Shown here one piece after another: positions 13,132-25,944 of a stretch of 57,277 nucleotides of DNA. The notes beneath the pieces were generated by a model. That model was not told where the DNA came from. It worked only from the letters and a program-made list of their open reading frames with translations, and made no database searches. A program made the translations under genes and the position numbers. The stretch covers positions 65,440,727-65,498,003 of the forward strand of contig NC_068981.1 of assembly GCF_001194135.2 (NCBI RefSeq). Reading direction: 5' to 3'. This DNA is from Octopus bimaculoides. Its lineage: Eukaryota. Each line of letters starts with the position of its first letter. Within the stretch, counting starts at the first letter, position 1.

Positions 13132-13292
13132 CAGATTTTCAGTTCGAAATTCTATTATCGTTACAATTTGGATATTTTTTAAATAAAATATAGATATTTT
13201 GAAATAATTATGAAAATATATCTTTATATTTATTGTTTACTAATCTAAATAAGAACATCAGTAACCCAGGCAACACTGGTTCATTCAGCTAG
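12661..13292 (+). mobile_element. Helitron 3' terminal fragment
   Basis: Helicase remnant followed by subterminal hairpin CCAG-GCAACA-CTGG (13266-13279) and terminal CTAG|T at 13289-13293. Confidence 0.9.
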
Positions 13293-13559
13293 TTTTTATA
13301 TATTGCCTAAATTTATAAATAATTTTTATAGGTTTTCCAACTGAATATTATCCCTTGTAAATATTTTCAACTCATCTGTATAGTGGGGATCGTATTGTTT
13401 GTTTATAGCATCTATAATCAATGGTGGTTCCATTCAACAGATTTGTTAAAGCAAATATCTAGAAGAGATAATGTGGCTTCTTTTAAGATTCTTCTTGTTG
13501 TGGGTATAGGGCAGGTTTTAACTAACTTCTCTTTGCTTTGTTGTGATTAAATTTTATTG

Positions 13560-14359
13560 TTGTTGTTGTCGGCAAGTTAAGACGTGTTTTCAGCACTCCG
13601 TGAGTTTGGATTTTCTTGTGGCTTTTTTCAAGTTTATTGACTGTTTTGACTGTTTTGTTTTCTGAACCCTCTTTCGTGTTCAGAAGGGGTTGTTTTGTTG
13701 AAAGTTCCCCCTTTTAGGGGTGAATTTTGGACTTTTTGTCCATTAAAAATATTTTTTGTTTCTTCGTCTAACAAAAAAAAAAAACACGATGGCTTCTTCT
13801 ATCAAGGAGAGTGGCCAGTGGCTGTTCTGACAGCCAGTACAATCATCACTAATAACATCTGCACCATGATTAATACAGAAAAAGAAAGAAAAGTCAAGTA
13901 AATACTGCCAATGTCACCACCAGCATGAACAAGCAACATAACAGAAAGCAAAATAACAAAGAAAGTACAAGCACAAATGAAAATGACAAATCAAGCAGAC
14001 ATGGTGTCACTTCCGCGGCGAAACAAATGTGAGAAAAGTTAATCCTCACATTAGAGGAATTAAAAAAAATTCAAAGGGGCTGTTAGTTAGACAAGGCAAT
14101 AATGTCTCACTAAATACCCTAAAAGAAATTATAATGGACACAAACTGTAAAAGAATTACATACATATGTATAAACAAGGGAAAAAAAGGGCTTTGGAAAG
14201 AGCAACACAACAGCTAGAACTGATACTGAAACCAATATGGAAAGATAAAACTTACTTGACACAGGGAAAACGGTTTGGCACTGTGGAAGTGTGCTTCGCA
14301 ATGGAGGAAGAAGCAAGAGAACATTCCACAATGCCACTAATATCAGAGGACCTCATACA
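13560..14359 (+). mobile_element. Non-LTR retrotransposon 5' region with ORF1 fragment (L1/Tx1-like)
   Basis: GC-richer leader with hairpins, then an A-rich broken ORF; 14166-14359 reads ALERATQQLELILKPIWKDKTYLTQGKRFGTVEVCFAMEEEAREHSTMPLISEDL, reminiscent of Tx1-type ORF1 RRM. Clade assignment is by recollection only. Confidence 0.5.
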
Positions 14360-14456
14360 AAGTACCAGTTGAGTACTAGTATTGATGTAATCAACTAGAC
14401 CCTGTCTTCAAAATTTCAGGCCTTGTGCTTATTGTAGAAAGAACTATTATTATTGC
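14360..14456 (+). mobile_element. SINE family A, 3' part
   Basis: AAGTACCAGTTGAG...TTGATGTAATCAACTAG...AAAATTTCAGGCCTTGTGC...(TTA)n tail. Confidence 0.8.
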
Positions 14457-15292
14457 TTGTGGTAGACTGTCCAAATTATTAGAGCATCAAACAAAATGCT
14501 TTGCAGTGTTTGTTCCATTTCTTGACTGTCTGGGTTTAAGTCCAGTGAACATCAATTTTACCTATGATTTTCTCAGAGTCAATAAAATTAAGTACCAGTC
14601 CAGTTCTTCAGTTAATATATCAATATAATCAATTATATCTCTCCCTCAAACTTCTCGCCCACTACCTACATTAGAAATTATTATTATAATTATTACAATT
14701 ATGTATAACTTTCCCTAAATAACATTCTGACAGATGTAATGTCCTCTTGTTTGAGACTTACAACTTGCATTATTGATTTAGATTTAGATGTTTTGGCAGT
14801 ATCCTTTCTTGCTGAAAGACTTCTTTAATTATCACTTATTTTCCCCCCATTTGTGTCATATGTTATATATAATTTGCAAGCTTTTTTTTTTTTTTTTTGC
14901 AACAGCGATGTTTTCTTGGTATTTTCCTTAACTGAAAGCTTTTAAGTCCAAACTTTATTCAGCTGATCTGCTACTGTTTCTGTAGTTCTTGTCTTCATCT
15001 CCCTCTTCCCCTCTCTCTCCCTCTTCTTTTTGTAAGGTCACTAATTTGTAACAATGTCCTTTAATTTACTCTAAGGATCCCAGTTCATTCTTGAAATATG
15101 TATTGCATAAAGAGCAGATCAAAGACATGCCACTTATTGATCCTTTCTTTCTACTAATTTTCTGATTAACATTGTTCATGCTCTGCTATCATACAAGTCA
15201 TGTCAATTTTTTTTTTGTATAGAGAAAACTGCTGCTGCTCCTCCTCCTCCCCCAGTTTTAGCCCACATATACCTTGAGATCTATGATTTTCA

Positions 15293-15512
15293 CCCTTTCA
15301 TTACCAATCTGGCTGAAACCAGCTCTGGCTTTGAGTACAAATGTCTTGTTTTTGTAAGTTTTGAATTAAAATCTTCCACGAAACCTTAGTCACAATTTAT
15401 GTTCCTAACACTAGCTGAATGATAACTAAGTTATTTTACTAAATTCTTTGTTATATTTAAAGTAATTGAAAGAAACGTAGAGCATCTCAAAATAAATACA
15501 GTAATGAAAGGG
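15293..15512. mobile_element. piggyBac-type MITE, family M2
   Basis: Perfect 12-bp TIR CCCTTTCATTAC/GTAATGAAAGGG flanked by TTCA (left) and TTAA (right). Related partial copy at ~35289-35432. Confidence 0.85.
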
Positions 15513-16455
15513 TTAAACAGTAGAACCCATTTCAGACTTCATTCTTCAAATAAATGCCATTCATGTATTTGCACTTACACTCTTCAAACTTAATGTTCAG
15601 TGACGGAATTTTTCTCAGAATGTGCTTTCACAAGGTCTGGGCAAATATCTACCTATAAATAACAATGACAAATTGCTCTAATCTCCATGTTTTACAGTTG
15701 TATTGTCTCCATTACTTCCTGTTATTGTTAAGCAGGTCTATGATGAAAGATATTCTAGATGTAGCCAGTCTGTTTTGGTTTTTTTGGCATGTGTAACTGA
15801 TTACATTAATGTATGCGTTGAGAAAATTTTGACTGCTATTTTTAGCATTTTGAAGTGATTAAAGGTGCCTTTATTGGCTTCTGTCTAGTGGCATTAAATA
15901 TGATGGTCAACATATTGAAATTCCAGTAGCTCTTGAGTATTACTTCATCATAAATCAGAGTAAATTGATTGTTATATAATGAACAATGCCACCTTCCTGT
16001 TGGGCATGCAAATGCAATCACTGTTAATTAACACCTTAATTCATCTGCTCCTTGTTGCAAGAGTTGGTATTGAGAAGCTTTCTTCAACTCCCAACTGCAT
16101 ATTGTCTCAAATTCTACAGTTAGAATATCAAGTATTATTTCATAGATAGCTACAAACATAGATTTGGATCCTTTTTTTTTCTTTTTTTCATTAGCTATTT
16201 AAATGTTCCCCAAAGTTTAAGGAATATTTATACCCTGTCTATTAATCTTAGACCCAGAGACCATGAAAGGAGCAATTGTCTTAATTGTGTTAAATGTTTC
16301 TAACTTCAAGCTACCCAACTAAACACTGCAAAATAATTCATCATGTGGTTTTCTTCAGTTTTAGTCAGTTGACTATCTGATTGATGCCCTACAAACAGCA
16401 GATTCTTCTACACCAACTCTGTAGATGAGTGGTTTGCCTTTAAATTGGGCATCTA

Positions 16456-16504
<49 letters not shown>

Positions 16505-17079
16505 GAAACATTCAAACACTGAGATTTAAAGTTAGATGTCACTACTGTTCATATCATCTGTGGATAAATTCAAAATCTGATGATATCACCAGTAGTGGCA
16601 TGGGTGATATATATATGTATGTATGTGAGTGTGTGTGTATGTATGTCTACAATGATTCATATGGAAATAAATCAACCCTTTAATCAAAAATAATAAAAAC
16701 AAGGAGATAAAATAATTATGCACTTATGCTTTTATGGTAAAATATAGTGACATGTCCTATGTTTGTTGGCTGATGCAGGGTACTTTGTTTTTGTATAATC
16801 AGCATCATATTGATCTTTTCCAGCTTCAGGGACAGGCCCAACACTTCATTTGGTTTAGCATCCTCAAGTGTCTTTACTCATCCTTGAGTGCTTTTGATAG
16901 AGTTCATTCATTAATAAGTATTTTGGCCAAACAACTCCACTTGCCTCTGTTACGTTCCATCATACACACAGTTTTCTTGATATTAACATTCAGACATCCG
17001 GGTTGGACATCAGCCACTTCAGTCTCGCTAGTTTGGGAGGTCCTGCATAGCTCATTACATCTTTTCTCTCCTCTGACTA

Positions 17080-17300
17080 AGTTCATCATCATCATTTTAA
17101 CTCCCATTTTTCCATGCTAACACGGGTCAGACAGAATTTGTTGAGGCAGATTTTCCATAGTCAGATACCCTATCTGTCACTAACCTTCACCTGTTTTCAA
17201 ATAAGACATTTCCTCATGACTGGAAAAATTTTCATGGAAGATTGAAAATGAAGGATACTGCTTGCATGATGGTAGCACTCATTTACGACTGCCACACAAT
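17080..17300 (-). mobile_element. RTE-tail repeat (variant of family C)
   Basis: CATCATCATCATTTTAAC...TTTTCCATGC on the plus strand; similar copies at ~20880-21130 and ~56640-56860. Confidence 0.6.
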
Positions 17301-17308
17301 GTCATGAC

Positions 17309-17369
<61 letters not shown>

Positions 17370-18259
17370 AAGGTTTGGTTTTCACCTACCAAATCAACTC
17401 AAGGCTTTGGTTGGCCTGGGCTATAGCAGAAGTCACTTAAAAATAAACTACGCACAATGAAGAATTGACTCAATGCCACCAACTAGTGAAATGAATACTT
17501 ATGTTGTTTACAGCAATGCATTGTACCTTCCTTTTGAAGCTAATTAGACTAGGCTATTGAGTTTAGTATTTCATAAATATAACCATGCAGTGTAGGTAAC
17601 ATGATATAACCTTGACTCAATATATATAAAGCAGATTTTTGGGGTTTTTTTTTTTCAAAAATAAAATTACAATCACACAAATGTTATGCACACACATAAT
17701 AATAACAGGCATGTCCATGTTATTGCAGCAATCGCTGATTAAATACTTCTTTTCATGTCCATTCCATTCACCTTGTGCAGTTGCATTCAGTTTTTTTTTT
17801 GTTTTTTTTCAATAGATGTTGCACATCCAATTAACCACATTTAGTAACTTTTTCATCACTTACTACAGCTAGTCGATGTTACTCTGCCACCCACACCCCA
17901 TTTCCTACTCAACTTGTATTCTGTAAGCATGTATATGCACATGTTTGTATATGTATGTGGTTAAAGTTTTCTTTAACGTTTGGTGGAGACACTTTTATTT
18001 CACAGCTTTGTTGTGAAGTGGTGTGTGTACACGTGTTATTTAAGCATCTAAATTAAAATTCTATTATGAAATTTATTAATTATTCGTTGAATCGATTTGA
18101 TCATCACCCAGTTAACAGAATCAAGCCAGTTCCAAGAAACTGCTATGGAATTATAACTGACACCCTCTAGACAAAAATTACAAATTAAACATTCATTTAT
18201 GTTAAAATAATTAAAATTTATTGCAACAGTGTTTACAGTTTATAATTATTTGAGTGTCC

Positions 18260-18261
<2 letters not shown>

Positions 18262-18309
<48 letters not shown>

Positions 18310-18549
18310 GTGTGCGTGCGTGTATATATGTGTGTATGTGTGTGTATATATGTATATATGTGTGTGTGTATATATGTGTATATATATGTGTGTGTGTGTG
18401 TATATATATATGTATGTATGTGTGTATGTATGTATATGTATGTGTGTATATATATGTATGTGTGTAATATATATATATATGTGTGTATGTATATGTGTGC
18501 ATGTGTGTATATATGTGTGTGTATATATGTATGTGTGTGTATATGTGTA

Positions 18550-18588
<39 letters not shown>

Positions 18589-18610
18589 ATATACATACAC
18601 AGACACACAG
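18262..18610. repeat. Long compound (TG)/(TA)/(TATG) microsatellite
   Basis: Directly visible. Confidence 0.97.
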
Positions 18611-18919
18611 ACAAGAATGTATGTGCTATTTGAGCCTCTGTATGTATTTGTGGAGTGTATTGCCAGCATTATATATGAAAGTGTTTAATTGATTTTACAT
18701 CAGAGAGAAAAATTCTTTTTAATGTATTTGTCCACTATTATATAATGTGTCTGTATACACACTGGTGAATCTATGAATGTAGATATTAAGTGAACGTGTA
18801 TGTACAGAGGGGCATACATATCTATACCTATACATGAAAATTTAGAAATTAAACATGTTTGTAAAAGGAAGCAGGAAGAAAAAGGAGACATAGTATATAT
18901 ATATATATATATATATATA

Positions 18920-19019
18920 NNNNNNNNNNNNNNNNNNNNNNNNNNNNNNNNNNNNNNNNNNNNNNNNNNNNNNNNNNNNNNNNNNNNNNNNNNNNNNNNN
19001 NNNNNNNNNNNNNNNNNNN
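18920..19019. other. Assembly gap (100 N) within (TA)n
   Basis: N run. Confidence 0.99.
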
Positions 19020-20062
19020 ATATATATATATATATATACTATGTCTCCTGGAGAGATATACATGTATGTGTGTATGTGTGTATTCTCATCATCATTTAAT
19101 ATCCGTCTTCCATGGATTGGACAGTTTGACAGGAGCTAGAGAACACTCACACACATACACACTTGATATAGTCACACTGTTTAGTATTGTTGTTAACTGC
19201 AGATATATTGTTCCACTTTGTTAAATATTTGAAATTTTATATCTATTCTCCCCCATTCATTTCTCTTTCTCTTTTTCCTCTTCTTACCTTTCTCTTTCGT
19301 CTTTCTTTCACTTTCTTCCCCCCCCCCCTCTATTTTTTTGTCTACTTGTTTAGCTTTCTCCCCAACAACCATCTACATTGATTCCTCTCTCTCCTTTTTT
19401 GCTCTTTCCTCACTCTCTCCTCTTCCTAGCTTGTCTCATTTCTCTTTCTTTTTCCTTCTTCCCCATATTTCTTTTTTTCTCTCTTTCCTCTCTCTGTCTC
19501 CTACCTTGACTACATCCCATTTTGACCATATTCCACCATCACTGTAACTATCATCACTATTCTCATGGACATAGTGCTTTTTGACTCTCTTCAATGGCTA
19601 AATCATAAGCAGCCAACCTTCACCAATATCTCTTTCTCAGTTACCTATTATTAGTGTTTCCTTTGCTTATAAATTCAAATATTCTCAATATCCATTGTAG
19701 ATTCGGTGTCACAACACCAATGTTCTCCAGGTGGTCGCAGTCACTATGTCTCCTCTGCACTCAACTACAGTGAACTGTGCAGGAGTATGTTTCATTTTGC
19801 CATGTCTGCAGTGTGTCAGCTTTCAATACAAAAGGTCTTGGGTTCATATTCCATCATTGGTACCGTTCTGTGTTCATCCATGGAAAAAGTAGAAAAAACA
19901 TCTCACTCACTTCATCAAGTGTCACTGTAAGAAACAAATGAAGATTTTTTCCCAATGGAAAAACAATATTAATCATGGTGGGGTTTGCAGGTTCTTCCAA
20001 ACGGGTGAATTGATGCAGTTGATGTTCATTTGAAACATCTGTAGATCAATCCCTAGTGAAGG

Positions 20063-20350
20063 TGCATTATTTAGTGGTTAGGGTATTCAGCTAACAATCA
20101 TAAGACCATGAGTTTGATTCTTGGCAGTGTGATTTGTCCCTGAGCAAGACACTTCACTTCACATAGTTTCTGTTCACTCAACTGTACCTCTGTCAAAGGG
20201 ACAGCCTTCTCACATCCTAAATCGTGCTGAATCTCCCTGAGAACTACATTAAGGGTATGCATGTCTGTGGAGTACTCAACTACTTGCACCTTAATTTCAC
20301 AAGCAGGCTGTTCTATTGATTGGATCAACTGGAACATTTTTCATTATAAG
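20063..20350 (+). mobile_element. Third tRNA-derived SINE family
   Basis: tRNA-like head (TAGTGGTTAG box A; GAGTTTGATTC box B), then TGTCCCTGAGCAAGACACTT and a distinct body ending AATTTCACAAGCAGGCTGTTC...GGATCAACTGGAAC. Confidence 0.6.
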
Positions 20351-21587
20351 AGTGTCAGATCAATCGATCACTGCAATAAGCAGTAGGAGTCCTATAAAAC
20401 TGATGAATGTTCCTTTGACTTGCTGTGTTGAGTTCAGTTTCTTCTAAATAATCTGACATGGAGTAAAACAACAACCAACATCCCCAACTTCAGACCAGCA
20501 TCCCTATATCTGATTAGGAATCTTACCATAGGAACCTAGTCTGATTCCAGTTGTGTATGGTAGGTGGTGTACCACAACCCCTCAAATGTTAAACTCTTCA
20601 TTTTTAGTTTTCATCAAAATCTCCAAACATTCATTCTCTGTGTGCTTTTGACAATCTGCAATTTTTCATTTAGAATTAATATATTTCGTCTCCTGTCCTT
20701 TTCTGTCCTTCTCTTTTCTTGAAGAATTTACCTTTTTAAACATATGCATGTTTGTATGTGTATATGGTATGTATGTATGTATAGATAGATAAACAGATAG
20801 ATAGATATACATACATGTATATATATATATATATAGAGAGAGAGATATAGGTATATTATAATAACTGTCTTGTTCTGAAATATATGTATAGCATCATCTT
20901 AGTGTCCACTTTTCTATGACTGCATAGATCAGATGAAATTCATTGAGGTAGGTGTTGTTATGAGTAGGTGCTCTTCCTGTCACCAGCTCTTACCTGTTTC
21001 TAAGCAAAGTAATATTTTTGCTTGTGCTTCAAAACACCAACAACTCAGTAACCAGACATGTTTTCACAGAAGATTGCAAATACACATCACTACTTGCAAG
21101 ATGGTGTGATACTCATTTTACAACTAACATGCAGTGTCAGGCCGAGGAAGGAGATACAGGTTTCTTTCTGTTTCCATCTAAATGCACATGAAATTGTGCA
21201 CCAGCATAACTGCAGTCCAATGACTGAGACAAATAAAAAGACAAAAAGACATATAATGCATTCAGTAGTTTGATCAATACATGTGTGCAATTGAATTTCT
21301 TCACAATTATAGAAATTAAAAGCCACTATTATACCATCATCTTAGTTGTTATTACTATCCAGTGTGACGCTTATGTTTTTTCCATAGCATTGAATTTCAT
21401 TTAACTCCCTTTGCAATTACATATCATATGGAATATATTGTGACATTGTCATCGTTTTCTATATTTGTCATGGGGTTTTATTGTTGTTGTACTTCTCTTT
21501 TAAATTTTATACAGATAAATTATATTACATATTTACAATGCATAGTAGGAGGAGTTTATTAAAGCATGTAATAGTTATGATTGAGTC

Positions 21588-21640
<53 letters not shown>

Positions 21641-23267
21641 ATTTTGCTGTTGCTTTCTATTTATATTTTCTATTAATTGTTCACCAAACTTACCTTTGTA
21701 ATAAACAAAGGTAAGTTTGATTAGATTTAATCTGAAGTGCTAATAAAACAAAATAGCATACACATAGACAGGGTGACGATAAGGTCTATTGCTTTAAATC
21801 TTCATGTTTTCAAAATTGAAGTAGTCGTAGTAGAAGAGAAAGAAATTAATCATAATAGATCTTTGTATAGTTTGTGAAAATTGCAGCAAAACATGTGCCT
21901 TATCTTTTGTCAGGCTGTTAAGAACTGAACATAATGAGAAAATGTTGTTTGTAATTTTTTTTTAATTTGGTTAATCTTTTGTTTTTTTTTATTTTCATTT
22001 AATTATTCAATAAAAATAATTATCTCATCGTTTGATTTAAAGAATTACTCATTGTTTTTGTTGGATTTTTTTTTCTTATTTTGATTATTCAATTATGATT
22101 ATTTTGTCAGTGGGTATTTTATTATCTCACGATATGTATTATTCTGTTCCTGTGCATGTAACCAACACAAAACTGTTGGAGAGAATTTTTTACTTCTTGC
22201 ATTTAATGTTTAACTGGCAAGGTCATTTTCTCTTTCAAAATAAACTTAACCTAAATAATGTAATTACTTTTTCAGGAAAATAATAAAAATGCTGTTTAAT
22301 ATTTCATATATAACTTTTGCATTTTCCAAATATTAAAAAAGAAAGGGGTGGATGGCAGGGTATTGAGAAGTAAATTAATTCTAAACATAAGGGAAATTCA
22401 ACTAAAGAATATGATTAAAGTACCATATTTATTTGAATGGTGTGTAATGCAAAAAACTTAATATAAGACATCAGGTTTTAATTTACTGTGTAAGCTAAAA
22501 AGTATGTATATATATATATATCACTAAATTTTAGTTATAAAAAGTGGTAGAGGTCGTGTCTTTGAGATCATATTGTATCTGAAGATATATTGTATATATG
22601 TATGTGTTTGTAGTTTAAAAGTAGTCACCTGCAACTTATACTTTATTATGATAACATCTGAAAAATATAAAAGTTTAGAAGCTACTTTCCCAACTCTTTT
22701 ATTTATTTATATACATTAGAGGTCAGTCTTATTTGCAATCACTGCATGAGCCTATCCTATATGATTGACAGTTACCATGTCTTACTGATATGAGGTCGAC
22801 AAGTCACTTTGTTGTAACATTGAGAACAACTTCAGTGTTAAAGAAAAGTTTACATTATATTTTAACCATTATTATTATTATTTGTGTGTGTGTGTGTGTG
22901 TTTGTTTGTATTTCTCATGACTTAATGAAAGGAGAAGGAGATAGCACCCATGACTGCTATTGGCTGTTCCAGATGATATGCAAAGGTAAAGTTACTCAAT
23001 CTGATAAAAACAGAATCAAAAATCATCCTGCCATTTTTAAAAGGAAGTATGCATTAACAAATGTAGTTTAAGATATGCTATGTCTGAAAGGAGGTCAGTA
23101 CAATCACAGCTGGAATGATCTACTAAATCATGTGATTAATTACTAGTTACCCACAATCAATTGCACATGTGACAATTTCTATAAGAATACAGCCCTGAAA
23201 AGGAATGATAGGTAGAAATATTCAGTGCAAAGTTTAAATTAGTGACACAGTATGGACAAAGAGAAGA

Positions 23268-23645
23268 ATAACAAGTTTGGATAGAAATTGAGAGACAAGT
23301 GTAACAAGTTCTGAGTGAAAGTGGGTGGGGCCAGTATAACAAGTAGGCTTGGGTGGAAGTGGAGAGGTAGGAGTAACAAGTAGCTTTGGGTGGAAGTGGA
23401 GAGGTAGGGGTAACAGGTAGGTTTGGGGGGAAGTGGAGAGGTAGAAGTAACAGGTAGGTTTGGGTGGAAATAGAGAGGTCTGTATAACAGGTAGGTTTGG
23501 GTAGAAGTTGAGAGACAAGTTTTGAGAGGAAGTGGAGAAGCAGGTATAACAGGTAGGTTTGGGTGGAAGTGGAGGAGAAGCAGGTGTAACAGGTAAGTTT
23601 GGGTGGAAGAGGAGGGGCAAGCATAACAAGTAGGTTTGGGTAGAA
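23268..23645. repeat. 37-bp G-rich minisatellite (about 11 units, runs into the gap)
   Basis: Consensus GTAACAGGTAGGTTTGGGTGGAAGTGGAGAGGTAGGA. Confidence 0.92.
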
Positions 23646-24504
23646 NNNNNNNNNNNNNNNNNNNNNNNNNNNNNNNNNNNNNNNNNNNNNNNNNNNNNNN
23701 NNNNNNNNNNNNNNNNNNNNNNNNNNNNNNNNNNNNNNNNNNNNNNNNNNNNNNNNNNNNNNNNNNNNNNNNNNNNNNNNNNNNNNNNNNNNNNNNNNNN
23801 NNNNNNNNNNNNNNNNNNNNNNNNNNNNNNNNNNNNNNNNNNNNNNNNNNNNNNNNNNNNNNNNNNNNNNNNNNNNNNNNNNNNNNNNNNNNNNNNNNNN
23901 NNNNNNNNNNNNNNNNNNNNNNNNNNNNNNNNNNNNNNNNNNNNNNNNNNNNNNNNNNNNNNNNNNNNNNNNNNNNNNNNNNNNNNNNNNNNNNNNNNNN
24001 NNNNNNNNNNNNNNNNNNNNNNNNNNNNNNNNNNNNNNNNNNNNNNNNNNNNNNNNNNNNNNNNNNNNNNNNNNNNNNNNNNNNNNNNNNNNNNNNNNNN
24101 NNNNNNNNNNNNNNNNNNNNNNNNNNNNNNNNNNNNNNNNNNNNNNNNNNNNNNNNNNNNNNNNNNNNNNNNNNNNNNNNNNNNNNNNNNNNNNNNNNNN
24201 NNNNNNNNNNNNNNNNNNNNNNNNNNNNNNNNNNNNNNNNNNNNNNNNNNNNNNNNNNNNNNNNNNNNNNNNNNNNNNNNNNNNNNNNNNNNNNNNNNNN
24301 NNNNNNNNNNNNNNNNNNNNNNNNNNNNNNNNNNNNNNNNNNNNNNNNNNNNNNNNNNNNNNNNNNNNNNNNNNNNNNNNNNNNNNNNNNNNNNNNNNNN
24401 NNNNNNNNNNNNNNNNNNNNNNNNNNNNNNNNNNNNNNNNNNNNNNNNNNNNNNNNNNNNNNNNNNNNNNNNNNNNNNNNNNNNNNNNNNNNNNNNNNNN
24501 NNNN
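23646..24504. other. Assembly gap (N)
   Basis: N run; probably collapsed minisatellite. Confidence 0.97.
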
Positions 24505-24572
24505 TAATGAATTCAATGGGATACACTGTCTGCAAGTAGTTGAGTTCAGCATATTATCCTCCATTTTCTAAT

Positions 24573-24607
<35 letters not shown>

Positions 24608-25283
24608 GTGTGTGTTTGCATCTATATTTTCCCCATCACTTGACAACTGGAATTGATTTGTTCAATTAAAACCTTCCAGGGGTTTGCTCCAGCATGACCA
24701 CTGTTCATTGACTGAAACAAGTAAAAGAAAATAACAGAAGATCCCAGTAGGATCTTGACTCAAAACATAACTCAGAATTTTACATAACCATTTATGCCTG
24801 CTTACTGCTGCTTCACCTGTTCTGTCTTACTTATAGAACAATGCTGGGTTGGTATGGTGATGAACAAAATACCTTGCAGTATTTAAGTCCCAATCCTTTA
24901 TATTCCCAGCTCAACTCTGCCTTTCATTCTTCTGGGGTTAATCAAATAAAATCCGAGTCTTGTACTTAAGTCAGTTTAATCGACTATGCTATCCTCCCCT
25001 CAAGATTTGTGGTATTGTACTAACATTAAAAATCAATAATAGTTGTGGGTAGGAATTTTCCTGGACCAGTGTAATTTCGAGAGAAACCTCAGATGTTTCA
25101 CCATCTAGTTGCATTTAGAAAGTCTTGCACAAATGTCTGCATATATGTGTTTCAGTAATTGTGCTATCAGATCTATTCTATTGTTTCACACTAGAATCTG
25201 AGTGGATGTTAATCCAAGAAGATTGGTGACGTCCATTCCAACACTGGTACAAAACTGTCGTATGGATTCACTAAAATACAAAG

Positions 25284-25383
<100 letters not shown>

Positions 25384-25827
25384 CTTTAGAGAGTGTATTG
25401 AGTCTAATGTTTTCAGATATAAAATTGTGAAAATTATGAAACGCACATTCCTTTTATATATGTATGTATGAATTTATACACACACACAATGTGTGTATAT
25501 AATGTCTGTATGTGTATGTATGCACACACATGAGTGTGTTTGTCTATGCTTGTGTTTGTGATGTTTATACATGAATATATATTAACGATTGTAAATGTTA
25601 TTAAATATTTTTATGATTTTTTTTTTCTAGTTAGATTTTAAAATGTACATTCTGCATTGTTATCTCCAGCTTGAACTCTTAGGTATGTGTCTTATAGGGT
25701 TATTTTGTTTCAAATTACCCAGAAGTAAGGTTGTTGAACTTTTGCAGTCCACTTGACAAGTCAGCTGTTATATAATGAAATATAGGAAATTTATTTATTT
25801 TTCTTTTTGATTCTTTCCCTATCCCTG

Positions 25828-25944
<117 letters not shown>

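Noticed and set aside
23157-24564. Pro/Thr-rich extensin- or mucin-like ORFs on the minus strand
   Set aside because: The unit is 37 bp (not a multiple of 3) and all three frames are open because the strand is C-rich; the ORF lengths are inflated by the N-gap.
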